Counted from the first letter of the stretch, positions 18,795 through 30,000 are shown. The stretch is 64,000 nucleotides of DNA from a virus (IMGVR_UViG_3300027759_003534:32001-96000), one strand, 5' to 3'. Program-made: numbers and translations. The notes: generated by a model not told the origin, from the letters alone.

Positions 18795-19154
18795 TTAGTC
18801 CTTGGTTAATGGTACGGTGGCCATTAATTCCCATGCTTGCTCAATTGTAATATCTGGGCTTGCAATACCATCTAATTCATCTTTTTCTCGAATTGCATGA
18901 ATACAGCAAAATACAGTATTAGGCTCTAAAGCGGTAAATTGATGCTTAATTCCTTTAGGAGTAACAATCAAATGAGGAGCTTTATATTCAGCCTCGCCAT
19001 TGTCATGCACCATTTTTACTGAACCATTGGCTAATAAAGTAATGTGGTCAAAGGCATGAGAATGACCTTCATGCGTATCACCAATTCTTAAAAAATGATG
19101 TAATTTAACAAAAACATTATCTACAATTTTAAGGTCTGTTGTTGGATTAGACAC
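18795..19154 (-). CDS. Cupin-fold protein
   Basis: HEGHSHAFDHITLLANGSV...KHQFTALE metal-binding cupin motifs. Confidence 0.75.
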   Translation of the reverse strand: MSNPTTDLKIVDNVFVKLHHFLRIGDTHEGHSHAFDHITLLANGSVKMVHDNGEAEYKAPHLIVTPKGIKHQFTALEPNTVFCCIHAIREKDELDGIASPDITIEQAWELMATVPLTKD

Positions 19155-19551
19155 GGGTCACCTCAATAACTGGCTGTGGTGGGTTGTAATCCCACAAACA
19201 AGCAAATTCATTAAATGTGACATATTGTTCATCTTCGGGTGGCACGATTGGTTTAGGATTAATAAACGCATTACGAGTTAAATCGTAACTGTACTCTTTG
19301 CCAGCATAGTTTTTTCTGAACGCTAGTGATTGATCTGGACTAACTTCATTAGTGCCAGGCACATAGTAAATACCAGCCCTAGTGTTGTAGCTTGTTTGTT
19401 TCCAAATGGTATCTGTGCCATATAAGTTTTGTAAAAACTCAACACCAAGTTGCTCTATACGCTGCCCTTGGTCGTTTTCCATAACAAAATTATCTAAAGC
19501 AAGAACTCTTAAAACAATATTGTTTGAGTCCAATTCTGCAAAATGAGCCAT
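19147..19551 (-). CDS. M(S/A)HFA-family small phage protein, copy 2
   Basis: MAHFAELD...WKQTSYNT...RKNYAGKEYSYD; ATG 19551 overlaps the upstream TAA. Confidence 0.8.
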   Translation of the reverse strand: MAHFAELDSNNIVLRVLALDNFVMENDQGQRIEQLGVEFLQNLYGTDTIWKQTSYNTRAGIYYVPGTNEVSPDQSLAFRKNYAGKEYSYDLTRNAFINPKPIVPPEDEQYVTFNEFACLWDYNPPQPVIEVTRV

Positions 19552-20492
19552 TATTGGAATCTCCATTTAATTACAACAATACCTGAACCGCCAGAACCAC
19601 CATTCTGACTAGCCGCACCGCCGCCACCACCGCCTGTATTGGCTGTCCCTGAATTTCCTGCGCTAGTAGTAAGTTCAGCATTTCCACCGCCACCTAAACC
19701 GCCTGTTCCAGCAGTTAAAGTTTTTGGTGTGCCATCAGAAGAAGCACTACCACCACCGCCACCAGCATAATAAGTAGAAGTTCCAGTTATTGAAGAAGTT
19801 GCGCCAATCCCACCATTTCCACCTACACCAATAAATGCTGTCGTTATGGTTGCAGATGCGTTACTGCCAACCGCACCTTTGCCACCACCACCACCTGATG
19901 CCCTAACTACTCCACCTTTTTCACTAGCAGAACCGCCAGTACCGCCATTATTTCCTTCTCCAGATGTTCCAGTTCCAAAGCCATCATTTTGACTATTTCC
20001 ACCAGCACCAGATCCACCGCTTCTACCAACATTACCGTTAAAACTGCCACCACCACCAGTTGTTGCAATTAAACTTCCAAAACTAGAAGCATCTCCATCG
20101 CCACCTGCGGCAGTACTTGTTGCACCTGGGCCACCAGCGCCTACAGTAATTGTGTAAGAAGTTGCAGTAACAGTTTGTCCAGTTCCTGATTTCATACCAC
20201 CAGCACCACCACCAGCACTAGGATTAATATTGCTTGGATAAGTTCCACTTTTTCCAGCACCACCGCCACCAGCTACAACTAGGTAATCAACGCTGTTAGC
20301 TTCGGTGGGTGCAGTACCTAATGAATTAACTGTAAAAGAGCCTGTGCCATTAAACACCGCAGTTTTATAATTACCGCTTGTGGTTACCGTTGCGCCTGTG
20401 GCCGTGGCATCAAGATAAGTTAATGGTGTTGATTCAACATCAAATCCCCACCCTGCACCTATGCTCCATCCTGATCCTATTAGTATTGCCAT
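19551..20492 (-). CDS. Glycine-rich fibre-tip protein, copy 2
   Basis: YLVVAGGGGAG...GGSGIVVIKW; N-terminal IGSGWSIGAGW. Confidence 0.8.
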   Translation of the reverse strand: MAILIGSGWSIGAGWGFDVESTPLTYLDATATGATVTTSGNYKTAVFNGTGSFTVNSLGTAPTEANSVDYLVVAGGGGAGKSGTYPSNINPSAGGGAGGMKSGTGQTVTATSYTITVGAGGPGATSTAAGGDGDASSFGSLIATTGGGGSFNGNVGRSGGSGAGGNSQNDGFGTGTSGEGNNGGTGGSASEKGGVVRASGGGGGKGAVGSNASATITTAFIGVGGNGGIGATSSITGTSTYYAGGGGGSASSDGTPKTLTAGTGGLGGGGNAELTTSAGNSGTANTGGGGGGAASQNGGSGGSGIVVIKWRFQ

Positions 20493-20531
20493 TAATTATT
20501 TCTTATTTTATAATATTGTTAATTACTAGTG

Positions 20532-20537
20532 TATTTA
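20532..20537 (-). promoter_or_regulatory. Late promoter
   Basis: GTTAAATA 39 nt upstream of ATG 20492. Confidence 0.5.
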
Positions 20538-20909
20538 ACTAATACTCCAGCCTGGACCTATACTCCAGCCTGTACCAATTGATGCAGAACCAGGGGACGA
20601 GGCAATTATTATTGTGCTACTTGTGCCATACACTGTGCCGCCGATTGTTGATTGATGAAGAGCAATAGTGAATGTTTCACCACCTGCAGGCACACCTGTA
20701 GTACTGACTGAAAAACTACCTGTGCTGCTGGTAACTGTAAATGATCCTGATACCGCAGTAAAATCACCATTGACTGATGTACCGTTAGTAATGGTCCAGT
20801 ATATTACACCGCCATCGCTTGTCAAAGTTGTAGTGACGTTAAAAGTTGTTGACGAATTTTTTACGATGCTTGTGGGTTGTGATACAAACGTGTAAACTGG
20901 AACTGCCAT
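20535..20909 (-). CDS. Thr/Ser-rich Ig-like (Calx-beta-like) small protein with C-terminal IGTGWSIGPGW
   Basis: Beta-strand pattern IYWTITNGTSVNGDF..VSGSFTV. Confidence 0.6.
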   Translation of the reverse strand: MAVPVYTFVSQPTSIVKNSSTTFNVTTTLTSDGGVIYWTITNGTSVNGDFTAVSGSFTVTSSTGSFSVSTTGVPAGGETFTIALHQSTIGGTVYGTSSTIIIASSPGSASIGTGWSIGPGWSIS

Positions 20910-20921
20910 ATGTTATTCCTT

Positions 20922-20949
20922 AAAAAAGATAGGGCCCGAAGACCCTATC
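20922..20949 (-). terminator. Intrinsic terminator with cUUCGg loop
   Basis: GATAGGGTC-TTCG-GGCCCTATC-TTTTTT. Confidence 0.9.
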
Positions 20950-20968
20950 CTGTACAGTGTTACCTGTG

Positions 20969-23900
20969 TTAGAAACGTCCGACTACCACTTCTATAGTAC
21001 CTTCTGCACCGTCAAAGTCTTCCAGTGCCTTACCAATCACAGATCCAACTGTTGGAGTTGCTTCAGCTTTGGCACGACCTAACCCAGCGGCCACCATCAA
21101 GTCACCTTTGCGTACTGGACCAACAACCAAAGTTGGAACACGACCTGTTAATGCCACAGTAGCAACGTGATCGCCTTCTAGTCCAGCATTCATAGTGTAA
21201 CTTGGATTTGTACTTACTACACCAGCAACCTTGCGATCACCTTCTACAGCGTTGACTGTAACTTCTGCTGTGCCGCCAAACACTAACACTGTGCCAGGAG
21301 TATAAGCTGCGTCAGCTACATATTTCTCAGCCAAGTCAGCGTACTGAGCTGACGTGGCCTGGGCAAATACAGTGTTGAAGTAGTTGGTTGAACTGCCAAT
21401 GTTACCTGTGGCATTACCGGCTCCGTTTGTGATATTTCCAGTAATAGTAACTCCAGTTGTGGTAAACACAGCCACGTTACTTGTTCCACCAATACTAATA
21501 TTAGCATTACCGCTGGCTGTTTGGATGTCAAAGCTGGTACTACCGTTTTGGATACGATCACCCAAGATGTTACCACTCAATGTGGCATTGCCTGACACAC
21601 TCAAGTTGCCCACAATGTCTACCAAGCCTGGGCTGATGGTCATTACTGTTGTGCCGGCCACGTTGCCGCGGATGTTGCCACCACTGCTGACAATTGCCAT
21701 GTTTGACGTGCCACTAGTGATAGCTGTACTGTTGATATTTCCACCTAGAATACTTCCACTGACACTAAGATCGCCAGTGACGTTGACCTGTGCGGCTATA
21801 GCACTTGCTGCTACTACAGCATTACCAGATTGATTAGAAATACTTGTAACTGAAGTTGTTGTGGTAATTTGACGTACATCAATTAAGTCACCAACTGCTG
21901 GTGCTTCAGTAAATGTCAACACGCATGTTGGGTCGGTTCCAGCAACTGCATAAGCCAGGGTTGGAATCTGTACCACACCGTTGATACTGACAATACAACT
22001 GTTGGTTGTTTGTGTTGAGCTTAATGTAAAGGCTACATTTACACCATCGCCGTTGAACTGTTGATCGGCAATAACTGTAAACACTGGAACACCAACCGAG
22101 ACCCAGGCACTGTTGTCATATACTTCAACTGCGTTATTGGTTGTATTGAAACGTATCATACCTGTTACGCCAGTTGCTGGACGTTGTGCGGTATTACCAA
22201 CCGGAGCCAAGATTGAGTTAGTTGAATTAAATGCTACAATTGCATTGGTTGTTTGTGTTGCTGACCCAAAACTGGCTGTTTCTGTTCCAGCATCAACAAA
22301 AAATACTGTTGTTGTGTCGCCATTGACTGCAAAGTTTACATCTGCACTGGCACCGTTGACTGTGATAGCGGCAGCTGAACTGTTTATGTTGCCGCCGCTG
22401 ATGCTTAGATTGCTTCCACTAACATCACCAGTAACACTCACACTTGATCCTGTAATTACACCACCTACAGTACTTGCAGCTGTTTGTGTACCAGTGACAC
22501 TGGTACTTGATCCAGTAATAACACCACCTACAGTGCTTGCGGCTGTTACAGTGCCACTTGCACTGACTGAGGTACCGTATACATTGCCATTGAAATTTGT
22601 TGCATCAACGTTGCCGCCTACTGCAAGTAAATTTGATGTTTTGGTAAATGTAAATCCTGATACTGCATTAGTTACTCCGCCATCATTAAACAACACGTAG
22701 GTGTTTGCACCTGGTGCGGATACACTTCCTTGGATATTACCGATCAACCAAGCTGCCATCACATTGCCAGTAGCACTTACGTTGCCACTTGTTAAGATAT
22801 TTCCACCGGTGATGTTGCCTGTGCCTGAAATTGCTCCACCGGCGCCGCTTGTAAGCAGATTACCACCGGTTACATTACCTGTAGCACTGACTGTTGTACC
22901 GTACACATTACCGTTGAAACTGACAGCATCTACGTTACCAGTAACACTGACACTTGAACCAGTGATTACACCACCCACAGTACTTGCGGCAGTTTGTGCA
23001 CCTGTTACCGAACTAGAGCTACCAGTGATAACTCCACCCACAGTACTGGCAGCAGTTTGTGTACCAGTAACACTAGAACTTGAACCTGTAATTACACCAC
23101 CCACTGTGCTAGCCGCAGTTTGTGTGCCTGTTACTGATGAACTTGAACCTGTAATTACTCCGCCCACTGTGCTAGCCGCAGTTTGTGTGCCTGTTACTGA
23201 TGAACTTGAACCGGTAATTACACCACCCACTGTTGAGGCTGCGGTTACAGTGCCACTAGCACTGACTGTTGTTCCATATACATTACTATTGGTATTGCTA
23301 GCATCTACGTTTCCTGTAACGCTAACTGAACTGCCGGTGATTACGCCACCCACTGTTGACGCGGCTGTTTGTGTACCAGTAACACTGGTACTTGAACCAG
23401 TGATTACACCACCCACTGTACTTGCGGCAGTAACTGACCCAGTAACACTTAAACTTGTACCTGTTGCAGCACCAATGTTTGGTGTTGTAAGATTTGCACC
23501 GGCTTTGACACTGATATTGCCTAGACCGTCAAATGCTGTGGTGTTGTTATCAACCTTGGCTGAAAATACAGTGCCTGTTAAACTTAAACCAGCTGCGGTA
23601 TTAGCTGTGTAAACTTGGCTTTGACTAAAGATACCAAATCCAATGTTGCTGGTACCAAAGGTAATTGTACCTGTTGGTGCATTAACAATAAAGGCCGTAC
23701 CTGCGTTGACGTTACCACTTGTGGTAAAGAAGTAGTCGTTGTAGCTTAATTCTTCTGTGCTACTAGCACCGTATTGGTCAGTGTCTATGCTTCGTGTAAT
23801 TACTGTGGCATTGGAATACACATACACACCATTTTGTACAGCATTGGCCTGATCTTTGACCAGGATGCGTGTACCTACAGTTTGAACGTTGGCAGTATCA

Positions 23901-25804
23901 ATTGTGGTATATGTGCCAGTTGTGGTCAGTGTTGCGCCAATACCATTGGCAACGCCATTGGGTTGAGCATATGTCACTGTACCACCAGTGGCTGTGGCCA
24001 GGGTGGTGTTGGTGGCTGCGAATACTGCTTCGTGTATGGTTATACCTGTGGTTACAGCCTGGTCAACATAGTATTTGCTGGCTGCATCAGCATCTTGTAG
24101 TGGTTGTAATTGCAAACCATTAATATAGGTATTGTTGATCACAACGTTACCGGTTGGTTCTAAATTAATGTTGCCGGCATTTGTTCTAACTGTAAGTGCT
24201 GTAGGGTTAGTAACTGTGGCTGATACCAAGTTTCCACCAGTTACGTTACCAGTAACACTGACACTTGAACCAGTGATTACACCACCCACAGTACTTGCGG
24301 CAGTTTGTGCACCTGTTACCGAACTACTTGAGCCAGTGATAACTCCACCCACAGTACTGGCAGCTGTTTGTGTACCAGTAACACTAGAACTTGATCCTGT
24401 AATTACACCACCCACTGTTGACGCGGCTGTTACAGTACCACTTGCACTGACTGTTGTTCCATATACATTACTATTGGTATTGCTGGCATCTACGTTACCG
24501 GTGACACTAGTTGAAGTGCCTGTGATAACTCCACCTACAGTACTGGCAGCAGTTTGAGTTCCGGTTACTGAACTAGAGCTACCAGTGATTACACCACCTA
24601 CAGTACTGGCAGCAGTTTGTGTGCCAGTGACACTAGAACTTGATCCTGTAATTACACCACCAACAGTGCTTGCTGCAGTTACAGTACCACTTGCACTAAC
24701 TGTTGTTCCATATACATTACTATTGGTATTGCTAGCATCTACGTTACCGGTGACACTAGCACTTGATCCAGTGATTACACCACCTACAGTACTGGCAGCA
24801 GTTTGAGTTCCGGTTACTGAACTAGAGCTACCAGTGATAACTCCACCTACAGTACTGGCAGCAGTTTGAGTTCCGGTTACTGAACTAGAGCTACCGGTGA
24901 TAACTCCACCCACTGTTGACGCGGCTGTTTGTGTACCAGTAACACTAGAACTTGATCCTGTAATTACACCACCTACTGTTGACGCGGCTGTTTGTGTACC
25001 AGTAACACTAGAACTTGATCCTGTAATTACACCACCCACTGTTGACGCGGCTGTTACAGTACCACTTGCACTGACTGTTGTTCCATATACATTACCATTA
25101 AAATTCTGTGCATCAACGTTGCCACCCACTGTGACCAAGTTTGCTGTTTTGTTGAATGTAAATCCTGATGTTGCATTGGCCACGTTGCCGTCGTTGAACA
25201 GCACTTGAGTGTTTGCTCCAGCTGCACTAACATTTCCTTGGATGTTACCAATAATATAATTACCAGTAATATTGCCAGCGGCGCTGATTAATCCTGGAGT
25301 TAATAAGTTGCCACCAGTTACGTTGCCTGTAAAGTTTGTTGCGCCTAATACGTTGCCAATTAAACTAGTGGTGCCACTTACTACCATATTATTGGTATGT
25401 AAATTAGCATAACTGCTGATGCTTATAACTGTACTGGTTTCACTGGTACTGGTAAATGCTGTTACAAACTCGGAATTAGCTTCGTTCCATACAAAGGCAA
25501 TATTATTTGCTGAGCCGCGCTCGCCAATAAAACCAATATCAACTGCTGGAGCACCAGTTTGGGTGCTGGCTAGTACAATAACTGGATCTTCAATGGTGGT
25601 AATTGTGGTGTCAATTGCGGTACTACTACCTTGAACTGTAAGATTACCAGTAACTGTAAGGTCGCTGCCGTAGGTTAAATTATTTGCAATCTTGTTGGAT
25701 GTGATTGAGAAATTTTGCAGTTTGGCATTAGCGTTGATACCAAGGTATACGTTACCTGCACTTGCGTCAGTTATCTGATTATTATTAATTCTAGTTACGG
25801 CCAT
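20969..25804 (-). CDS. Large tail-fibre-like protein (1611 aa) with 20 copies of a 21-aa repeat
   Basis: TAASTVGGVITGSSSSVTGTQ repeats; LAPVGNTAQRP..GMIRFNTT and FNGDG modules; C-terminal ADLAEKY domain. Confidence 0.8.
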   Translation of the reverse strand: MAVTRINNNQITDASAGNVYLGINANAKLQNFSITSNKIANNLTYGSDLTVTGNLTVQGSSTAIDTTITTIEDPVIVLASTQTGAPAVDIGFIGERGSANNIAFVWNEANSEFVTAFTSTSETSTVISISSYANLHTNNMVVSGTTSLIGNVLGATNFTGNVTGGNLLTPGLISAAGNITGNYIIGNIQGNVSAAGANTQVLFNDGNVANATSGFTFNKTANLVTVGGNVDAQNFNGNVYGTTVSASGTVTAASTVGGVITGSSSSVTGTQTAASTVGGVITGSSSSVTGTQTAASTVGGVITGSSSSVTGTQTAASTVGGVITGSSSSVTGTQTAASTVGGVITGSSASVTGNVDASNTNSNVYGTTVSASGTVTAASTVGGVITGSSSSVTGTQTAASTVGGVITGSSSSVTGTQTAASTVGGVITGTSTSVTGNVDASNTNSNVYGTTVSASGTVTAASTVGGVITGSSSSVTGTQTAASTVGGVITGSSSSVTGAQTAASTVGGVITGSSVSVTGNVTGGNLVSATVTNPTALTVRTNAGNINLEPTGNVVINNTYINGLQLQPLQDADAASKYYVDQAVTTGITIHEAVFAATNTTLATATGGTVTYAQPNGVANGIGATLTTTGTYTTIDTANVQTVGTRILVKDQANAVQNGVYVYSNATVITRSIDTDQYGASSTEELSYNDYFFTTSGNVNAGTAFIVNAPTGTITFGTSNIGFGIFSQSQVYTANTAAGLSLTGTVFSAKVDNNTTAFDGLGNISVKAGANLTTPNIGAATGTSLSVTGSVTAASTVGGVITGSSTSVTGTQTAASTVGGVITGSSVSVTGNVDASNTNSNVYGTTVSASGTVTAASTVGGVITGSSSSVTGTQTAASTVGGVITGSSSSVTGTQTAASTVGGVITGSSSSVTGTQTAASTVGGVITGSSSSVTGAQTAASTVGGVITGSSVSVTGNVDAVSFNGNVYGTTVSATGNVTGGNLLTSGAGGAISGTGNITGGNILTSGNVSATGNVMAAWLIGNIQGSVSAPGANTYVLFNDGGVTNAVSGFTFTKTSNLLAVGGNVDATNFNGNVYGTSVSASGTVTAASTVGGVITGSSTSVTGTQTAASTVGGVITGSSVSVTGDVSGSNLSISGGNINSSAAAITVNGASADVNFAVNGDTTTVFFVDAGTETASFGSATQTTNAIVAFNSTNSILAPVGNTAQRPATGVTGMIRFNTTNNAVEVYDNSAWVSVGVPVFTVIADQQFNGDGVNVAFTLSSTQTTNSCIVSINGVVQIPTLAYAVAGTDPTCVLTFTEAPAVGDLIDVRQITTTTSVTSISNQSGNAVVAASAIAAQVNVTGDLSVSGSILGGNINSTAITSGTSNMAIVSSGGNIRGNVAGTTVMTISPGLVDIVGNLSVSGNATLSGNILGDRIQNGSTSFDIQTASGNANISIGGTSNVAVFTTTGVTITGNITNGAGNATGNIGSSTNYFNTVFAQATSAQYADLAEKYVADAAYTPGTVLVFGGTAEVTVNAVEGDRKVAGVVSTNPSYTMNAGLEGDHVATVALTGRVPTLVVGPVRKGDLMVAAGLGRAKAEATPTVGSVIGKALEDFDGAEGTIEVVVGRF
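22435..25075 (-). repeat. In-frame 63-bp tandem repeat arrays (blocks of 11, 7 and 2 units)
   Basis: Counted from the translation; some adjacent DNA units are near-identical (around 24780-25070). Confidence 0.9.
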
Positions 25805-25858
25805 TATGGTCTCCAGTTAATGGTTCATGCTACTCGTGGTTTTTCACGGGCTATGACT

Positions 25859-25903
25859 TATTTACCGTGGCCGTGCTAAAACACTTATCTGTGCCGTTAT
25901 TTA
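25859..25903 (-). promoter_or_regulatory. Two late-promoter motifs (25898-25903 and 25859-25864)
   Basis: CTAAATA and GTAAATA upstream of ATG 25804. Confidence 0.55.
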
Positions 25904-25974
25904 GAATAAATTAGCTCTGGAGCTGATTTGTGTTGGAAAAACTGTGTTGCTGGCGCCGCTAGACTAGGATTTTG

Positions 25975-27006
25975 TTACAAGAATCTGATGTCAATCACAT
26001 CGCTTGTTTCAGGGGCTTCTGTAAACACCAAGTTTGTGCTGGGGCTAGGAACCATGGAATAGGACTGAGCTGGCACCTGTGTGATACCATTTAATATGAC
26101 TAAGACAGCCGCTGTAGTAGTTGAACGATCCAGTGTAAATGTAGTGGCTGTTCCATTACCGTACAGGACTTGATTAGTAACTGCGGTACTGGTAGAGGCC
26201 CAAGCATTGCCATTGTAAACTTCTAGCAACGTGGTTGTGGTGTTAAATCTAACAGTGCCGGTGGTGCCCGGACTAGGGCGTTGGTCAGTATTGCCCACTG
26301 GCAATATCAATCCTGTTGTGGTGTTTATGCTAACTAACCCTGTGCCAGTGGGTTGTAGTGTAATTGTTGCATTGGCTAAACTGGAGCTAATTGTGGTATT
26401 GCTTATTGTTATGTTACCCAATACAGCGGCGCCACCTACACCAAATGTGCCTACGTACCTGTAGCCTACAATGAACACAGATTTTCCTGTGACTCCACCA
26501 GCAATTACACTTGGAATAGTTGCGCCGTTGAAGTTTAAAACCCCGGCTTGATAATCAAAAAACCAAGTATCATCGCTGCCAGAACCTGCTTGGAACAATC
26601 TAGTACCAGTGGTTTGTGGAGTTGTAGATCCTGTGGTGTCCACGTAAACCACTACCAAATAGTTGTCACCAAACTGTGTGGGTATCCAGTTGGCAAGATT
26701 AGTTTTCCAGGTCTGATTATCAGGTGCTGTTAGATCTTCTGTGCATTGTACTGTAGGGCTGTAACTACCGCCGCCATCTTTGTAGACCTGCACGATTGAT
26801 GTGGTGTTAGCCGGTGGAGTGCTGGGAATATCGCCACTGTTAGTCCAAACCAAGTCACCACGATACAGTAGTGGGCTGGCTATGCTTTCGTTAAACGCTT
26901 CTTTGGAACCAGAACCCGGTGGCGGTATAGAGGTCTTGGCTACTCCGTACCCTAGTTTCTTCCAGAGATAGTCTAGTTTCTGGCTTTCACCAAATGTAGC
27001 AGCCAT
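25975..27006 (-). CDS. Fibre/baseplate-associated structural protein
   Basis: QKLDYLWKKLGYG N-terminus; LPVGNTDQRP and YGNG.TTFTL modules. Confidence 0.7.
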   Translation of the reverse strand: MAATFGESQKLDYLWKKLGYGVAKTSIPPPGSGSKEAFNESIASPLLYRGDLVWTNSGDIPSTPPANTTSIVQVYKDGGGSYSPTVQCTEDLTAPDNQTWKTNLANWIPTQFGDNYLVVVYVDTTGSTTPQTTGTRLFQAGSGSDDTWFFDYQAGVLNFNGATIPSVIAGGVTGKSVFIVGYRYVGTFGVGGAAVLGNITISNTTISSSLANATITLQPTGTGLVSINTTTGLILPVGNTDQRPSPGTTGTVRFNTTTTLLEVYNGNAWASTSTAVTNQVLYGNGTATTFTLDRSTTTAAVLVILNGITQVPAQSYSMVPSPSTNLVFTEAPETSDVIDIRFL

Positions 27007-30000
27007 TATGCAGCGTCTCCTATTGAAAGCGCAGTAATGGTCTGTCCACTACTTAGTGCTATGCGAACTAAAATATTGTTGCCTGTGCTATTGCTTGAAT
27101 TCTGTGAACCCAATGTCATGGTATAGCCCACGTTGGCAATAGCCGAATTAAGCGGCACTACATCGGCACCAGTTAGGGCGACACCATTACTGCCGTTGCC
27201 GCCGCCTGCAATACTTGCTCCAGGAACACCTGATCCGTTATACTGTAGTGAACAACTTAACCAACCGTCAAGCGTACTTGTTGGACCTGGAAAACCAGGA
27301 GTTGGTGAGCTAAATCCACCTGTATCAATAGTTGTGCCAGGGGCTGCGATCCACATGCCGGCTATGCCTGTGGTAGTTGTAAGCCTAATGTCAAAGTTGG
27401 CCATGGTAGCTCTGCGGAACGCAAACGTAAAGTATTGTAGTCCGCTGCGTCCTGTGGCGAGATCAGGACCTACTGGCAAATATCCCGTACTCAAATTGGT
27501 CACAAAATGTTTAACTACACCATATCGGTCAACTGCTTCGGCGGTACCAGCAACGGTTTGAACACCAGACCACACATTGCCAGTATAGTAGTTAGTAGCG
27601 CCGCTGAATGCTGGTGTATTAGCCGCGGCACCAAAACCAGTTATTCGTAAAGCGTTGTCAGTATATACAGATCCCAAGGTAGCACTGACCGCGATGTTGC
27701 CTTCACTAATGCCGGTGTTGGCTGTGGCATTTACTTGTATTTTGGTTGGTAATTGTACTGTAGTGCTTGTACCAACCACATTGAATATTGTAGCTGTTAC
27801 GTTTGCTACGGCATTGACTGCTCCGTTGATTAGAACATTAACATTGCCCATGGTATAGTTTGATGAAATACCTGTGTTGGCCTTGACATTACTACCAGTC
27901 AACATTGTGCTTGGTCCATCAATCTGGGCCAGAGATTTAGTTTGCGTGGCAATAATTGAGCCAGTCCCTTCTATGGCTGAGCCAGCGGCCAGTGTAAACG
28001 GATCAGCACTACGGAAAGTTTGACCTGTAAAGTTTTGTAATTCTACAGTAGCCACTGTTATACTTGGGCTTCCTGTGGAGCTGTAATATGGTATGCCTGA
28101 AATATAAGCAAAAGTGCCGTTGACATTACCGGCCATGGCCACGTTGCTGGTTATCAAAGTAGGAGCTGAATTTAAATTGTCTTTGACCATGCCTACTGTA
28201 TTGGTATTGCCCGACACCGTGTGTCTCAGTTGGAAATCATTGTAGCCAGTGCCTAGACTGGCTAGTGTGTTGCTGATAGTTGCTGAAAATACTTTGTAAA
28301 ATCCTGTGGGCACAGCGGCATTGGCCACGTGCAGATCTCGATCAGCCGACACTATTAGCGCACCTACAGTGCCTACTGTGTTTCCACCTGTGGTGAATGT
28401 TACGTTACCCGAGGCTGTGTTGTTGACAAAGGCAGATAATGTACCTGTGGTTGCTGTATTGGCATTTTGGACTTGTGTACTTGTGGAAACTGGTGTAGTA
28501 GTAGCCACACGAATTACTGATGTGCCGTTGGCTACAATGTTACCACCAGTGTTGTCTGCAGCGCCAGCGGCCAACAGCGGGCTAGTTCCTTGACTGGCGG
28601 TGGCTATGGTCACATTGGTATAGCCGCTGAGATTAGTGGGCGCAGTAGGATTGGCCAAAATTGTGATATAACTGGTTCGAGTCAGAGTATTGCTTTGTGA
28701 TATGGTTCCAGGAGTGCCGTTGGCTTGTAAGGCCACAGTTTTACTTCCTGTGGTTGGCGAGCCTACTGCACTTTGATATGAATGCGTGATGTTGGCAAAA
28801 GTTATTAGGCCAGTGTTACTTGTTGTGTCGCCCCAGGTCCAGTTGAATACGTTGCCGGTAAAAGCCACGTTAGGCGATGTTTGATTTTGAAAATTAAACA
28901 AACTTCTATCAAGGCCGTTGTAGTCAGTGTATAGGTATCCAACCTGTGCGTTAGAGGTAAATCCTGTGGCATCAGTTTGCGTATTGCTGGTTCCTACAAA
29001 GCCAGCTCTAACTTCTGGTTCAATAGAAACAGTTACGTTGCTTGACTTGAATGGGCTAGTACTATAGCCGGTGTACAACCAAAGATTGGCCACACGGTTT
29101 ACCGTGGTTGCAGCATTTTGTTGCACTGAAGTAAGAGCAAAGGTATGAGTAATATTGGCCGCACTAGGATTACCGGCTAGGCCAGTTTGAATGTTGATAT
29201 TGCTGTTGGCTGTGCTATCGCCCCACTGGAAGTTATACAACTGTTGGGCACCAAAGCTGGCTGTGTTGCCGGGACTGCCCGGAGTGTCGTTGCGGAAACT
29301 TACCACACCACCAGATGTGGCCAGATAGTTAATGGTTGTTGTTACATTGGCTGTAACAGCAGGACTTTGTTGTGTGTATATTTTAACGTTGGTTGCTGAG
29401 GATGTTACGCTGTAGGGTGGTGCGTTACCGGCTGTTTGATTTGTACCTGTTAGTGTGATACTACGAAGAGCATCAACATTGGCTGAATTATTATAGGTAT
29501 GACTATTAGTAGTCCAACTGTTTCCTGGGTTAACCGCTGTGTTACCGTCACCGTAGTTGATTGTATAGGATGTGGCATACAAACTGGTGTTGGTCAATGT
29601 TACACTACTACCAGTGTCTAACGTTGTTGGACTTGTAGTAAATGATGGTAATGGTAGCGGAGTATACAGAGTAATGTAATCGGTGTTGGTCGATGTTGCT
29701 GTTGATCCTTTGGCGCCAAGGGCAGCATTGCCACTATAGGTTCCATTGGTGTTGTAGGCCGTGTAGACCACTGTGAATTGTCCGCCAAGCACATTGCTAT
29801 AGGTGTGTGTTGGATTGGCCGATGTGCTGGTTGTGCCATCACCAAAATTCCAAAGATAGCTATTAGGGTTACCAATGTAGTGTCCAGTAAATGCCACACT
29901 TAATGGACTTGGGCCCGATGTTACGTTGGCAGTGATGTACACATTGCCTACATAGGTATTTCCAGCAATATTCAAAGCCACTTGGTTTAGATCATCCAGT

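Noticed and set aside
10414-20909. Diversity-generating retroelement acting on the variable fibre modules
   Set aside because: No reverse transcriptase is in the window, and I saw no template/variable repeat pair differing only at adenines.
22435-25075. Regular DNA repeats that could be mistaken for a CRISPR array
   Set aside because: The units are contiguous in-frame 63-bp coding repeats without unique spacers, and no cas genes are present.
21316-25634. Long plus-strand ORFs antisense to the large fibres (e.g. 22113-22700, 22701-23612; likewise 13064-15862)
   Set aside because: They are mirror images of Thr/Gly/Val/Ser repeat codons that lack antisense stops. They have no RBS or promoter and give Pro/Val/Thr low-complexity translations.
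25904-25974. Short peptide-like frame (SGASNTVFPTQISSRANLF) in the gap after the 343-aa gene
   Set aside because: It is preceded by an in-frame TAG with no start codon, and is too short to support.
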